NCBI RefSeq assembly: GCF_053078305.1
Contig: NZ_CP166879.1
Direction: 5' to 3' (one strand)
Length of the DNA stretch: 64,000 bases
The notes under the pieces were generated by a model. The model made no database searches, was not told the origin of the DNA, and was given only the letters and a program-made list of their open reading frames with translations. The stretch's first letter is position 1. Each line of letters begins with the position of its first letter. Shown here piece by piece: positions 33,875 through 42,527 of this stretch. The position numbers were made by a program, and so were the translations under genes.

Positions 33875-34620
33875 TCTATTGCGCTCCAAAATTCATCACA
33901 ATCACCTTTGCCTAGCGTAGTGCAGACAAAAGGTAAAAACTCATCATCTACTATCCACTCCTCTGGAATTTCGTCAAGGATAGCAGGAAGTTTGTGTAAA
34001 CTGTCAACGACCCTCTGGCGGTACTCTACGCGATCCACTAAATCATACTGCCATTTGCGGTTACCCGGGCCGTACACGTGTACAGAAAAATCTTCAGGCC
34101 CAGCATTCTGATCAAATGATAGATTATGGTCAATCAGATAATACTTATCGTTACTGATGTCATAAAGGATATTGACGTTTCCGCCTTTATCAGTAAGCGT
34201 TCTGTCTGCATTTAATATCCACTTATCAAAAGCATAGATTAATTTTTGCTGTTCGACTGGGATGATCATTTCGTTTCTTGACTGCGTAAACGTTAACGCG
34301 ATTGCACCGTCTATGAACAATGAAGCAAAAGCATACCCTGTACAAATTTGTTGCTGCAGATCAGGTGTGTACTCTACAAGTTCCTCTGGTACAAATACGA
34401 TTTTAAAGTCAGGTAAAGGAAGGCCGATATCATTAGCCAGGCACGCCGAAATGAACTCAGCTAAGAGATTTTTCGGGGGCATTGATGGTTTAGATTTCAA
34501 AACATACAACTGCCCATCATCACATTTGCAAAGAAATGGCTGAGTGGAACCTTCATTGATGCGACGTATTACTTCAACGACATTAGGTATTGCACTACTG
34601 CTGCTTGCTTCGCGCTCCAT
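33871..34620 (-). CDS. Hypothetical kinase-like protein (HipA / PI3-4 kinase-like motifs); first gene of rexAB-position operon
   Basis: ORF 33871-34623; motifs ILNADRTLTDKGGNVNIL and YYLIDHNLSFD resemble catalytic and metal-binding loops of HipA-type kinases; tentative. Confidence 0.5.
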   Translation of the reverse strand: MEREASSSSAIPNVVEVIRRINEGSTQPFLCKCDDGQLYVLKSKPSMPPKNLLAEFISACLANDIGLPLPDFKIVFVPEELVEYTPDLQQQICTGYAFASLFIDGAIALTFTQSRNEMIIPVEQQKLIYAFDKWILNADRTLTDKGGNVNILYDISNDKYYLIDHNLSFDQNAGPEDFSVHVYGPGNRKWQYDLVDRVEYRQRVVDSLHKLPAILDEIPEEWIVDDEFLPFVCTTLGKGDCDEFWSAIE

Positions 34621-34758
34621 CACTAACCCTTACGTGATTCAAGTCTTCCACCTCATTACTCCGCATCTCAAAGAGCGGTTCTACACAGCGTGTTTAAAGA
34701 AAAACAACAGGCTTCATTGCTGTAGCTGTTTTTCCGTAATGTCACTTTTGGTCTCGTT

Positions 34759-35451
34759 TTAACCATGCTTCCTGTACGTCTGAGGCATGCTCCCGATGAC
34801 CTTACCGAAGATGAATACACGGTTCATCTCGTCTTTCTCGATTGGGTCCCATGGTGAATAGCTCTTGTTGTCAGAGATAACCAGCAGCTTATCCTTCATC
34901 ATTTGAAGGCGCTTAACATGGGCCGTATCGTCGTAAAGGAACGCATAAATCCCGTCGCCGTCGAAAGATTTGATGGCGATATCGACGAACAGCAAGTCAC
35001 CCGGTTCGATCGTTCCTGACATGCTGTCACCGCGTACGTTAATGATGCGGATATTTTCTGCCTTCCTGCCATCGAACATGTGACGAGCATCGTCAAACGA
35101 GTACTCAACCGAGCGTAGGACTTCTACAAACTCACGGTTGATGACACCCGGCCCAGCACTGACTTCTATATCAAGAACGTCAATCTTGAAGTATTTGGAA
35201 TGGTTGACAGTAGGCTTCCCTGATTGTTGACCGTCATTTCTCATCGGGCCTATGCCTGATGAGAGCCACTCTGTTCGAACACCCAATGCATTAGCTATTT
35301 CAACAATTTTTGTTGAGCCGCGCGCGTTGCCGCTTGTCAGTCTCCAGATTGTGGGTTGAGCTACGCCAGACGCCTTTGCAAGAGCGCCTTGAGACATTCC
35401 AGATTGTTCCATCGCTAGGTTTAAGCGATCAGCAAGAGTTTCTTTTTTCAT
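34759..35451 (-). CDS. CI-type prophage repressor (HTH plus S24 LexA-like peptidase)
   Basis: ORF 34759-35487; N-terminal HTH, C-terminal S24 domain with GDSM; likely leaderless ATG at 35451. Confidence 0.8.
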   Translation of the reverse strand: MKKETLADRLNLAMEQSGMSQGALAKASGVAQPTIWRLTSGNARGSTKIVEIANALGVRTEWLSSGIGPMRNDGQQSGKPTVNHSKYFKIDVLDIEVSAGPGVINREFVEVLRSVEYSFDDARHMFDGRKAENIRIINVRGDSMSGTIEPGDLLFVDIAIKSFDGDGIYAFLYDDTAHVKRLQMMKDKLLVISDNKSYSPWDPIEKDEMNRVFIFGKVIGSMPQTYRKHG

Positions 35452-35497
35452 AAGTTTTAATTTATACGCTTGCGTATTGATGGTCAAAACACGTTTT

Positions 35498-35529
35498 GCT
35501 ATTGCTATGGTTAATACGCATTGCTATTA
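35498..35529. promoter_or_regulatory. Putative OR operator region between cI and cro
   Basis: GCTATTGCTAT and ATTGCTATTA motifs shared with OL. Confidence 0.4.
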
Positions 35530-35558
35530 TTTATTTGTTGTAATACCAATAGGAATTG

Positions 35559-35789
35559 ATGATGACAAATCAAACCATTCAACTCGCAATCAGTATTACA
35601 GGTAGTCAAAAACGACTGGCAGATCTATGCGGTGTAGCCCAGCCCACTGTTTGGCGTTGGCTACACGGTGGCGGAATTGATGCCCGCTATGTAATGAAAA
35701 TTGTCTCAGCCACTGGTGGAAAGATTAAGCCAGCAGATATTCGTCCCGACCTCGCACCATTGTTTAACGCGAGTAATTCTGCCGCCTAA
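35559..35789 (+). CDS. Cro-like HTH regulator (YdaS-like)
   Basis: Small HTH protein divergent from cI. Confidence 0.6.
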   Translation: MMTNQTIQLAISITGSQKRLADLCGVAQPTVWRWLHGGGIDARYVMKIVSATGGKIKPADIRPDLAPLFNASNSAA

Positions 35790-35813
35790 TCTGCGGCGTT
35801 AACTGATAAGGCA

Positions 35814-36359
35814 ATGATTATGCAACCACTTACATACCAACAGACTAGCGGATTTAGCCCGACTGCGGTGATAAATCGTTCTCAAACAAAACAGGCGCCA
35901 GGCCACGAAAAAATCCGTGATGCCGTCCGCGCCTGGTCGGCTGCAGATAATCAGGATGTTGTTGCCGCACTCATTGTGAATGAGTATCGGGAGCAGGGCG
36001 GCGGCACCATCGATTTCCCTGATGATGTCAGCCGTGCACGCCAGAAGCTGTTCCGCTTCCTCGATAACAAATTCGATTCTGAAAAATACCGAAATAACGT
36101 GCGTGAACTGACCCCGGCAATTCTGGCGGTACTACCGCTGGAATATCGCGGCCACCTGGTTGTGCAGGATAGCTTCATGGCTCGGCTGGCTGAAATGGAA
36201 AAGGAACTCAGTGAGGCAAAACAGGCTGTCATTCTCAACGCACCACGCCACCAGAAACTGAAGGAGATGAGTGAAGGCATTGTGTCGATGTTTCGTGTGG
36301 ACCCGGATCTGGCTGGTCCACTGATGGCGATGGTCACCACCATGCTGGGGGTAATATGA
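35814..36359 (+). CDS. YdaT-like protein (cII position)
   Basis: 181-aa ORF resembling Rac YdaT (EYREQGGG, LTPAILAVLPLEYRGHL). Confidence 0.45.
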   Translation: MIMQPLTYQQTSGFSPTAVINRSQTKQAPGHEKIRDAVRAWSAADNQDVVAALIVNEYREQGGGTIDFPDDVSRARQKLFRFLDNKFDSEKYRNNVRELTPAILAVLPLEYRGHLVVQDSFMARLAEMEKELSEAKQAVILNAPRHQKLKEMSEGIVSMFRVDPDLAGPLMAMVTTMLGVI

Positions 36360-36445
36360 CAGGTTCAGAAATGGCGAAAGCCGGTCTGCGCGAACATAAC
36401 CGACTTTCAGGTGCAAATCGTAACACACTCATTGCGGGAGGAATT

Positions 36446-37375
36446 ATGGCAAACACTGCTGAGATATTCAATTTTCCAGTGCCGGATGTGGCACAAAAGG
36501 AGCCGCGCGTGGCAGATCTCGATGATGGTTATACGCGCATTGCAAATGAGTTGCTGGAAGCTGTAATGCTGGCCGGATTAACACAGCACCAGCTTCTGGT
36601 CTTCCTGGCTGTCATGCGCAAAACATATGGCTTTAATAAAAAACTGGATTGGGTGAGCAACGAGCAACTTTCCGAATTGACCGGGATATTGCCGCACAAG
36701 TGTTCTGCTGCAAAAAGCGTTCTGGTAAAGCGTGGGATTCTTATTCAGAGCGGGCGGAATATCGGCATCAATAATGTGGTCAGTGAATGGTCAACATTAC
36801 CCGAATCAGGTAAGAAAAATAAAGTTTACCTGAAAGAGGTAAATTTACCTGAATTAGGTAAGAAAAGTTTACCCAAATCAGGTAAAGGCACTTACCCGAA
36901 TCAGGTAAACACAAAAGACAAACTAACAAAAGACAATATAAAACCTTTTTCGTCCGAGAATTCTGACGAATCCTCTGACCAGCCAGAAAATGCCCTTCCT
37001 GTGGTGAAACCGGATGCTGCGATTCAGAGCGGCAGCAAGTGGGGGACAGCAGAAGACCTGACCGCCGCAGAGTGGATGTTTGACATGGTGAAGACCATCG
37101 CGCCATCAGCCAGAAAACCGAATTTTGCAGGGTGGGCTAACGATATCCGCCTGATGCGTGAACGTGACGGACGTAACCACCGCGACATGTGCGTGCTGTT
37201 CCGCTGGGCATGCCAGGACAACTTCTGGTCCGGTAACGTGCTAAGTCCGGCCAAACTCCGCGACAAGTGGACCCAACTCGAAATCAACCGTAACAAGCAA
37301 CAGGCAGGCGTGACAGCTAGCAAACCAAAACTCGACCTGACAAACACAGACTGGATTTACGGGGTGGATCTATGA
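36446..37375 (+). CDS. Replication initiator O-like protein
   Basis: ORF 36356-37375; N-terminal domain resembles lambda O (ADLDDGYTRIANELLEA); internal iterons; likely start ATG 36446. Confidence 0.75.
   Translation: MANTAEIFNFPVPDVAQKEPRVADLDDGYTRIANELLEAVMLAGLTQHQLLVFLAVMRKTYGFNKKLDWVSNEQLSELTGILPHKCSAAKSVLVKRGILIQSGRNIGINNVVSEWSTLPESGKKNKVYLKEVNLPELGKKSLPKSGKGTYPNQVNTKDKLTKDNIKPFSSENSDESSDQPENALPVVKPDAAIQSGSKWGTAEDLTAAEWMFDMVKTIAPSARKPNFAGWANDIRLMRERDGRNHRDMCVLFRWACQDNFWSGNVLSPAKLRDKWTQLEINRNKQQAGVTASKPKLDLTNTDWIYGVDL
36797..36912. repeat. Phage replication origin iterons inside the O gene
   Basis: Four to five direct repeats of about 16 bp (tacccgaatcaggtaa and variants). Confidence 0.55.
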
Positions 37376-38073
37376 AAAACATCGCCGCACAGATGATTAA
37401 CTTTGACCGTGAGCAGATGCGTCGGATCGCCAACAACATGCCGGAACAGTACGACGAAAAGCCGCAGGTACAGCAGGTAGCGCAGATCATCAATGGTGTG
37501 TTCAGCCAGTTACTGGCAACTTTCCCGGCGAGCCTGGCTAACCGGGACCAGAACGAACTGAACGAAATCCGCCGCCAGTGGGTTCTGGCTTTCCGGGAAA
37601 ACGGGATCACCACAATGGAACAGGTTAACGCAGGAATGCGCGTAGCCCGTCGGCAGAATCGACCATTCCTGCCATCACCCGGGCAGTTTGTTGCCTGGTG
37701 CCGGGAAGAAGCATCCGTTACTGCCGGGCTGCCAAACGCCAGCGAGCTGGTTGATATGGTTTACGAGTATTGCCGGAAGCGTGGCCTGTATCCGGATGCA
37801 GAGTCTTATCCATGGAAATCAAACGCGCACTACTGGTTGGTTACCAACCTGTATCAGAACATGCGGGCCAATGCGTTGACTGACGCGGAATTACGGCGCA
37901 AGGCTGCCGATGAACTGTCCTGTATGACCGTGCGAATTAACCGTGGTGAGGCTATACCTGAACCAGTAAAACAACTTCCTGTCATGGGCGGTAGACCTCT
38001 AAATCGTGCACAGGCTCTGGCGAAGATCGCAGAAATCAAAGCTAAGTTTGGGCTGAAAGGAGCAAGTGTATGA
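37372..38073 (+). CDS. Replication protein P (helicase loader)
   Basis: 233-aa protein matching lambda P along its length. Confidence 0.9.
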   Translation: MKNIAAQMINFDREQMRRIANNMPEQYDEKPQVQQVAQIINGVFSQLLATFPASLANRDQNELNEIRRQWVLAFRENGITTMEQVNAGMRVARRQNRPFLPSPGQFVAWCREEASVTAGLPNASELVDMVYEYCRKRGLYPDAESYPWKSNAHYWLVTNLYQNMRANALTDAELRRKAADELSCMTVRINRGEAIPEPVKQLPVMGGRPLNRAQALAKIAEIKAKFGLKGASV

Positions 38074-38243
38074 CGGGCAAAGAGGCAATTATTCATTATC
38101 TGGAGACGCACAAGAGCTTCTGTGCGCCGGACGTTGTTGCGACAACAGGTGTGACATTAACCAGCATAAATCAGGCTGCGGCAAAAATGGCGCGGGCAGG
38201 AATCCTGGTCATTGATGGTAAGGTCTGGCGAACGTTTGTTTAA
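38070..38243 (+). CDS. Ren-like protein, C-terminally truncated (57 aa)
   Basis: Hand-translated ORF overlapping P stop: MTGKEAIIHYLETHKSFCAPDV... matches lambda Ren N-terminus, ends where the AT-rich cargo island begins. Confidence 0.45.
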   Translation: MTGKEAIIHYLETHKSFCAPDVVATTGVTLTSINQAAAKMARAGILVIDGKVWRTFV

Positions 38244-38389
38244 CGGTTAGCTACTCAGGATGATAGGGCGGGGCAAGTGAGTATGAAGCGGATTTTCAGG
38301 AATGCCGTCAGAGTTTGGAAATAAAGTGGGTTTTCTAGTGGCAAGAGACTTGATAATATTTAGTTCTTTAAATCCAAGGAGATAGGGTT

Positions 38390-38884
38390 ATGAGAAAATT
38401 TATTTTAGCCTTTGTCATAAGTGCCTCGTTTACAGCAAATGCTGGTGTAGAGAAGTTAGGGCCGTGGATAACAAAGTCTGAGATAAATAAAATGACTGAC
38501 CAGACTGACTTTGTGGCTCTTAATTTATCACCAGATTCATATAACAAAGCAGGTACTGATCGTGCAACTTCACTGGTGTTGCGTTGTAGTGATAACAAAA
38601 CAGATGCCTATTTATCATTCAATGATTATATGGGTTCGGACAACCCAAGAATTACAGTGCGGTTAGATGGCGGAAAGCCGGTCAAGAGTGTTTGGGGAGG
38701 TGGGGAAGGCGGTGATTCTGCATTTGCTCCACAACCAATACAATTTATAAAGACCTTGGCTAAGCATAAAAAAGCTATTTTTGGGTTTGAACCTTATGGA
38801 TCAACTATGCAAGTAGTTGAGTTTGACTTGTCTGAGATTGATAAGGTTGTGGAAAAAATTTCACAGTCTTGCAATTGGAAATGA
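38390..38884 (+). CDS. Secreted/periplasmic protein of unknown function (nin-region cargo)
   Basis: 164-aa ORF with N-terminal signal peptide, good RBS aaggag, low GC. Confidence 0.5.
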   Translation: MRKFILAFVISASFTANAGVEKLGPWITKSEINKMTDQTDFVALNLSPDSYNKAGTDRATSLVLRCSDNKTDAYLSFNDYMGSDNPRITVRLDGGKPVKSVWGGGEGGDSAFAPQPIQFIKTLAKHKKAIFGFEPYGSTMQVVEFDLSEIDKVVEKISQSCNWK

Positions 38885-38902
38885 CAAAAAAATTTCATAT
38901 GA

Positions 38903-38926
38903 ACCCAGTTGGCGCTGGGTTTTTTA
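38903..38926 (+). terminator. Rho-independent terminator
   Basis: cccag...ctggg hairpin followed by TTTTTT. Confidence 0.5.
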
Positions 38927-39255
38927 TTTCAGTAGCCAATAATGCATTCAAAATCTCTTACTTGAGAAACGGCCTATTTGAGATTTCAGTCGTGGCAGGA
39001 TGATCAGTTGATTCGAGTATTGACGCATTTGCGTCATAATAGATTGCAGTAATTTCATTGCACTACGTGAACTGGTCATGACTCGTCACCGATTTTGTAG
39101 GATGCTTAGAAGGAAAACTATTGAATGCCACTGCAGCAGCACAACAGCTGGAGGTAAAATGAAGAACAAATTGACGGGAATTAGCATAGATACAAATCAA
39201 AGCTCTTAGAGGGCTTTTATTCTATGATAAATGGACTTTGTTTGAGAGTGATATT

Positions 39256-39582
39256 ATGAAACCGAAGAAACTAAGAGCTGAGCAGCAGTACCATTTAGAC
39301 CTTGAATTAGTAAAGAAGAAGCCAGCGAACCGCACCGAGGCAAAAGCCCATTTGGCGGCACAATTACGGATTAGCAAGTACAAGACGCAGGCCTCTTCCA
39401 AAATTCGCGTTGGTAGTTTCAAGGGAAGAAAGAAGGTGCATTTTAGCCAGGCGGAAGAAGATGCTAGGAAGGCAATGGCTAAAGCTAATGCAGTTAGGTT
39501 TTCAGAAGGTGAGGTTGAATCCGTTGATACAGAAAGAATATCAGAAAGTAACAAACGCTGGCGCGGGAGAACCGCTGACTAA
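39256..39582 (+). CDS. Small lysine-rich basic protein of unknown function
   Basis: ORF 39238-39582 (TTG); likely ATG 39256 (MKPKKLRAEQQ...). Confidence 0.4.
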   Translation: MKPKKLRAEQQYHLDLELVKKKPANRTEAKAHLAAQLRISKYKTQASSKIRVGSFKGRKKVHFSQAEEDARKAMAKANAVRFSEGEVESVDTERISESNKRWRGRTAD

Positions 39583-39686
39583 TGTCTGATTTAGATATTG
39601 CAGCAAAGCTGTATGAAGAAAACACATTCATGGGCAGATGTGACATTACAGGGAGTTTTAGTTTTCAATTGCTGAAGACATCGAAT

Positions 39687-39710
39687 CATATTCATATTCA
39701 TATTCATATT
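39687..39710. repeat. Hexanucleotide tandem repeat (CATATT)x4
   Basis: Four perfect tandem copies 17 bp upstream of the ATG at 39728. Confidence 0.9.
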
Positions 39711-39727
39711 GTTTTGAGGGGTAATTT

Positions 39728-40273
39728 ATGGATGCAGGGATAGCCTCAGTTGTCGCCGCAATTATTGCCGCAGCTGCAGCTGGAGTGGGGCTTGTTATCA
39801 CTAAGGAGAATAAAACATCTGAGTTTCGGCAAGCGTGGATAGATGGTTTAAGGGAAGAGTTAGCCGAATTGATGGAGAACTTTTTACAATTACGCACGAC
39901 TCCGCCTGAGAAGCTCCCTGAGGTGGCTGGAAAAATTTATTTTCTTTCCGCAAAAGTGAAGCTTAGGTTATCCAGTAAAAACTTAACTAATGAAGAGTCT
40001 CAGCTTTTGAAAATCATTGAGGATTACATTTTAAAAATGGATCGCTCATCTAACATTACAGATGTGGTCAGACAGTATTTTGAATATAGTTCCAGTGTTC
40101 TTAAAACTGAGTGGGAGAGAGTGAAGCGAGGCGAGAAAAAATACAGAGTCGCTATCACGGTTTCGTACTCAATATTGGTTTTTTTGGGGCTCTATTTTGC
40201 TTCACGTTTCATTCCAGCGATAAGTGAAAAAATCTTAGAAATTATAGAGTTTTTAAATTATTCGTTGTTCTGA
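39728..40273 (+). CDS. Membrane protein of unknown function (TM helices at both termini)
   Basis: 181-aa ORF with RBS gagggg; hydrophobic N- and C-terminal segments flanking a charged central region. Confidence 0.5.
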   Translation: MDAGIASVVAAIIAAAAAGVGLVITKENKTSEFRQAWIDGLREELAELMENFLQLRTTPPEKLPEVAGKIYFLSAKVKLRLSSKNLTNEESQLLKIIEDYILKMDRSSNITDVVRQYFEYSSSVLKTEWERVKRGEKKYRVAITVSYSILVFLGLYFASRFIPAISEKILEIIEFLNYSLF

Positions 40274-40464
40274 TGACAAGCTTTGATTTTCCATAATCAA
40301 CTTGTCATAATTAAGTCACCGGAGCCTGAACAACTCCGGTGACTTCTGCGCTAAACGGGGACGTTTATGCGCACATACAATCCAAACTCTCTTCTCCCTT
40401 CACAGATGCAGAAATGTACCTGCGATTTTTTGCATCCAGCGTTTGACCTCTGCGGAGGTGAATC

Positions 40465-40920
40465 GTGAACCTCCTACAAGATGGCATCAAATTGCATCGC
40501 GGTAACTTCACCGCTATCGGCCAGCAGATCCAGCCTTATCTGGAGAACGGAAAATGCTTTCGCATGGTGCTTAAACCGTGGCGTGAGAAACGCAGTCTTT
40601 CCCAGAATGCACTCAGCCACATGTGGTACAGCGAAATCAGTGAATACCTCATCAGCAGGGGGAAATCGTTCGCTACTTCAGCATGGGTAAAAGATGCTCT
40701 CAAACACACATACCTCGGTTATGAAACCAAGGACCTGGTTGATGTCGTAACCGGCGAAATCACTACTATCCAGTCGTTACGCCATACCTCCGATCTTGAT
40801 ACCGGAGAGATGTATGTCTTCCTGTGTAAGGTTGAAGCCTGGGCGGTGAATATTGGCTGCCACCTGACTATTCCGCAGAGCTGCGAGTTCCAGCTGCTGC
40901 GCGACAAGCAGGAGGCGTAA
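40465..40920 (+). CDS. NinB-family recombination protein (DLP12 YbcN-like)
   Basis: 151-aa ORF with RSLSQN motif. Confidence 0.8.
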   Translation: MNLLQDGIKLHRGNFTAIGQQIQPYLENGKCFRMVLKPWREKRSLSQNALSHMWYSEISEYLISRGKSFATSAWVKDALKHTYLGYETKDLVDVVTGEITTIQSLRHTSDLDTGEMYVFLCKVEAWAVNIGCHLTIPQSCEFQLLRDKQEA

Positions 40921-41090
40921 TGGCTACACCGCTTATTCGTGTCATGAACGGACACATCTACAGAGTACCAAATCGTCGTAAGCGTAAACCGGAGCTGAAG
41001 CCTTCCGAAATACCAACACTGCTCGGATATACCGCCAGCCTGGTTGATAAAAAATGGTTGCGACTGGCAGCAAGGAGGAATCATGGCTGA
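40920..41090 (+). CDS. NinE-like small protein
   Basis: 56-aa hand-translated ORF overlapping neighbours; position as in DLP12. Confidence 0.4.
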   Translation: MATPLIRVMNGHIYRVPNRRKRKPELKPSEIPTLLGYTASLVDKKWLRLAARRNHG

Positions 41091-41373
41091 TTTGAGAAAA
41101 GCAGCGCGTGGTCGGGAATGCCAGGTAAGAATCCCTGGCGTATGTAATGGCAACCCTGAAACGTCTGTACTGGCACATATCCGGCTGACTGGATTGTGCG
41201 GCACCGGTACCAAACCGCCAGACCTGATTGCCACCATTGCATGTTCTGCCTGCCACGACGAAATCGACCGCCGCACACATTTTGTCGATGCTGCATATGC
41301 AAAAGAATGCGCGCTGGAAGGTATGGCGAGAACACAGGTTATCTGGCTGAAAGAGGGGGTTATTAAGGCGTGA
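41083..41373 (+). CDS. YbcO-like nin-region protein (DUF1364, putative nuclease)
   Basis: ORF 41044-41373; start at [21 protein letters not shown]. Confidence 0.6.
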   Translation: MADLRKAARGRECQVRIPGVCNGNPETSVLAHIRLTGLCGTGTKPPDLIATIACSACHDEIDRRTHFVDAAYAKECALEGMARTQVIWLKEGVIKA

Positions 41374-41732
41374 ATACCTACAGCATCACATTACCCTGGC
41401 CTCCGAGCAATAATCGCTATTACCGCCATAATCGCGGGCGCACGCACGTCAGCGCAGAGGGGCAGGCATACCGCGATAACGTCGCCCGAATCATTAAAAA
41501 CGCAATGCTGGATATCGGCCTGGCTATGCCTGTGAAAATCCGCATTGAGTGCCACATGCCGGATCGCCGTCGCCGTGACCTGGATAATCTGCAAAAAGCC
41601 GCTTTTGACACACTCACTAAAGCAGGTTTCTGGCTGGATGATGCTCAAGTCGTTGATTACCGCGTTGTGAAGATGCCTGTTACCAAAGGTGGGAGGCTGG
41701 AACTGACCATCACCGAAATGGGGAATGAATGA
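41370..41732 (+). CDS. rusA: Holliday junction resolvase RusA
   Basis: 120-aa protein matching RusA family. Confidence 0.85.
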   Translation: MNTYSITLPWPPSNNRYYRHNRGRTHVSAEGQAYRDNVARIIKNAMLDIGLAMPVKIRIECHMPDRRRRDLDNLQKAAFDTLTKAGFWLDDAQVVDYRVVKMPVTKGGRLELTITEMGNE

Positions 41733-41869
41733 TGTTTGAGTTTTATATGGCAGAACTTCTTCGCCACCGCTGGGGGCGTCTGCGCTTATATCGTTTCCCC
41801 GGTTCTGTTTTGACCGATTACCGAATACTGAAGAGTTACGCCAAAACCCTGACAGGAGCAGGAGTATGA
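41729..41869 (+). CDS. YlcG-like small protein
   Basis: 46-aa ORF ([28 protein letters not shown]...) overlapping rusA stop; position as in DLP12. Confidence 0.4.
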   Translation: MMFEFYMAELLRHRWGRLRLYRFPGSVLTDYRILKSYAKTLTGAGV

Positions 41870-41954
41870 AGTCAGAGATAACAATCAACTAATACTGTTT
41901 TGTTGATTTTTGCTTGTAATTGGCGTTCTGGTCTGATTTTTGTGGAGTAAGTTG

Positions 41955-42338
41955 ATGCGTGATATTCAGATGGTTCTTGAGCGTTGGGGAGCGTGGGCGG
42001 CTAATAATCATGAAGATGTGACCTGGTCGTCCATTGCCGCCGGTTTTAAGGGATTAATTCCTTCAAAAGTAAAATCTCGCCCGCAATGTTGTGACGATGA
42101 CGCGATGATCATTTGCGGGTGCATGGCCCGTCTGAAAAAGAACAACAGCGATTTGCACGATTTATTAGTAGATTATTATGTAGTCGGTATGACATTCATG
42201 TCACTGGCAGGTAAGCATTGCTGCTCTGATGGTTATATCGGGAAAAGGTTACAGAAGGCTGAGGGTATAATTGAAGGGATGTTAATGGCATTAGATATCC
42301 GGTTAGAGATGGATATCGTTGTTAATAACTCTAATTAA
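41955..42338 (+). CDS. Late antiterminator Q (DLP12 QuuD-like)
   Basis: ORF 41940-42338; start at [18 protein letters not shown]. Confidence 0.7.
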   Translation: MRDIQMVLERWGAWAANNHEDVTWSSIAAGFKGLIPSKVKSRPQCCDDDAMIICGCMARLKKNNSDLHDLLVDYYVVGMTFMSLAGKHCCSDGYIGKRLQKAEGIIEGMLMALDIRLEMDIVVNNSN

Positions 42339-42361
42339 TATGCCAGTTGTTTACTAAAAGT

Positions 42362-42379
42362 TATTAAAAATGGGGCGTT
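42362..42379. terminator. Palindromic hairpin (possible bidirectional terminator between Q and porin)
   Basis: Perfect 18-bp palindrome ggggcgttgcaacgcccc with A/T-rich flanks. Confidence 0.4.
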
Positions 42380-42527
42380 GCAACGCCCCCCAAAATAAAG
42401 GGTAATATATAACAGAAGGTTTATATAGTTAGAAGCAAGGTTGTGCTCCTAAAGGAAGTGGCTTGAGGGAGCCACTTATATGTTGGGGAGGCAAAGCCTC
42501 CCGCAACATATCTTTTTCGTAATCAGA

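Noticed and set aside
39687-39710. Possible CRISPR array or IS element at the tandem repeats (also 52521-52550 and 56378-56580)
   Set aside because: Repeats are 6-10 bp tandem units or iterons with no spacers of CRISPR size, no cas genes and no transposase ORFs in the window.
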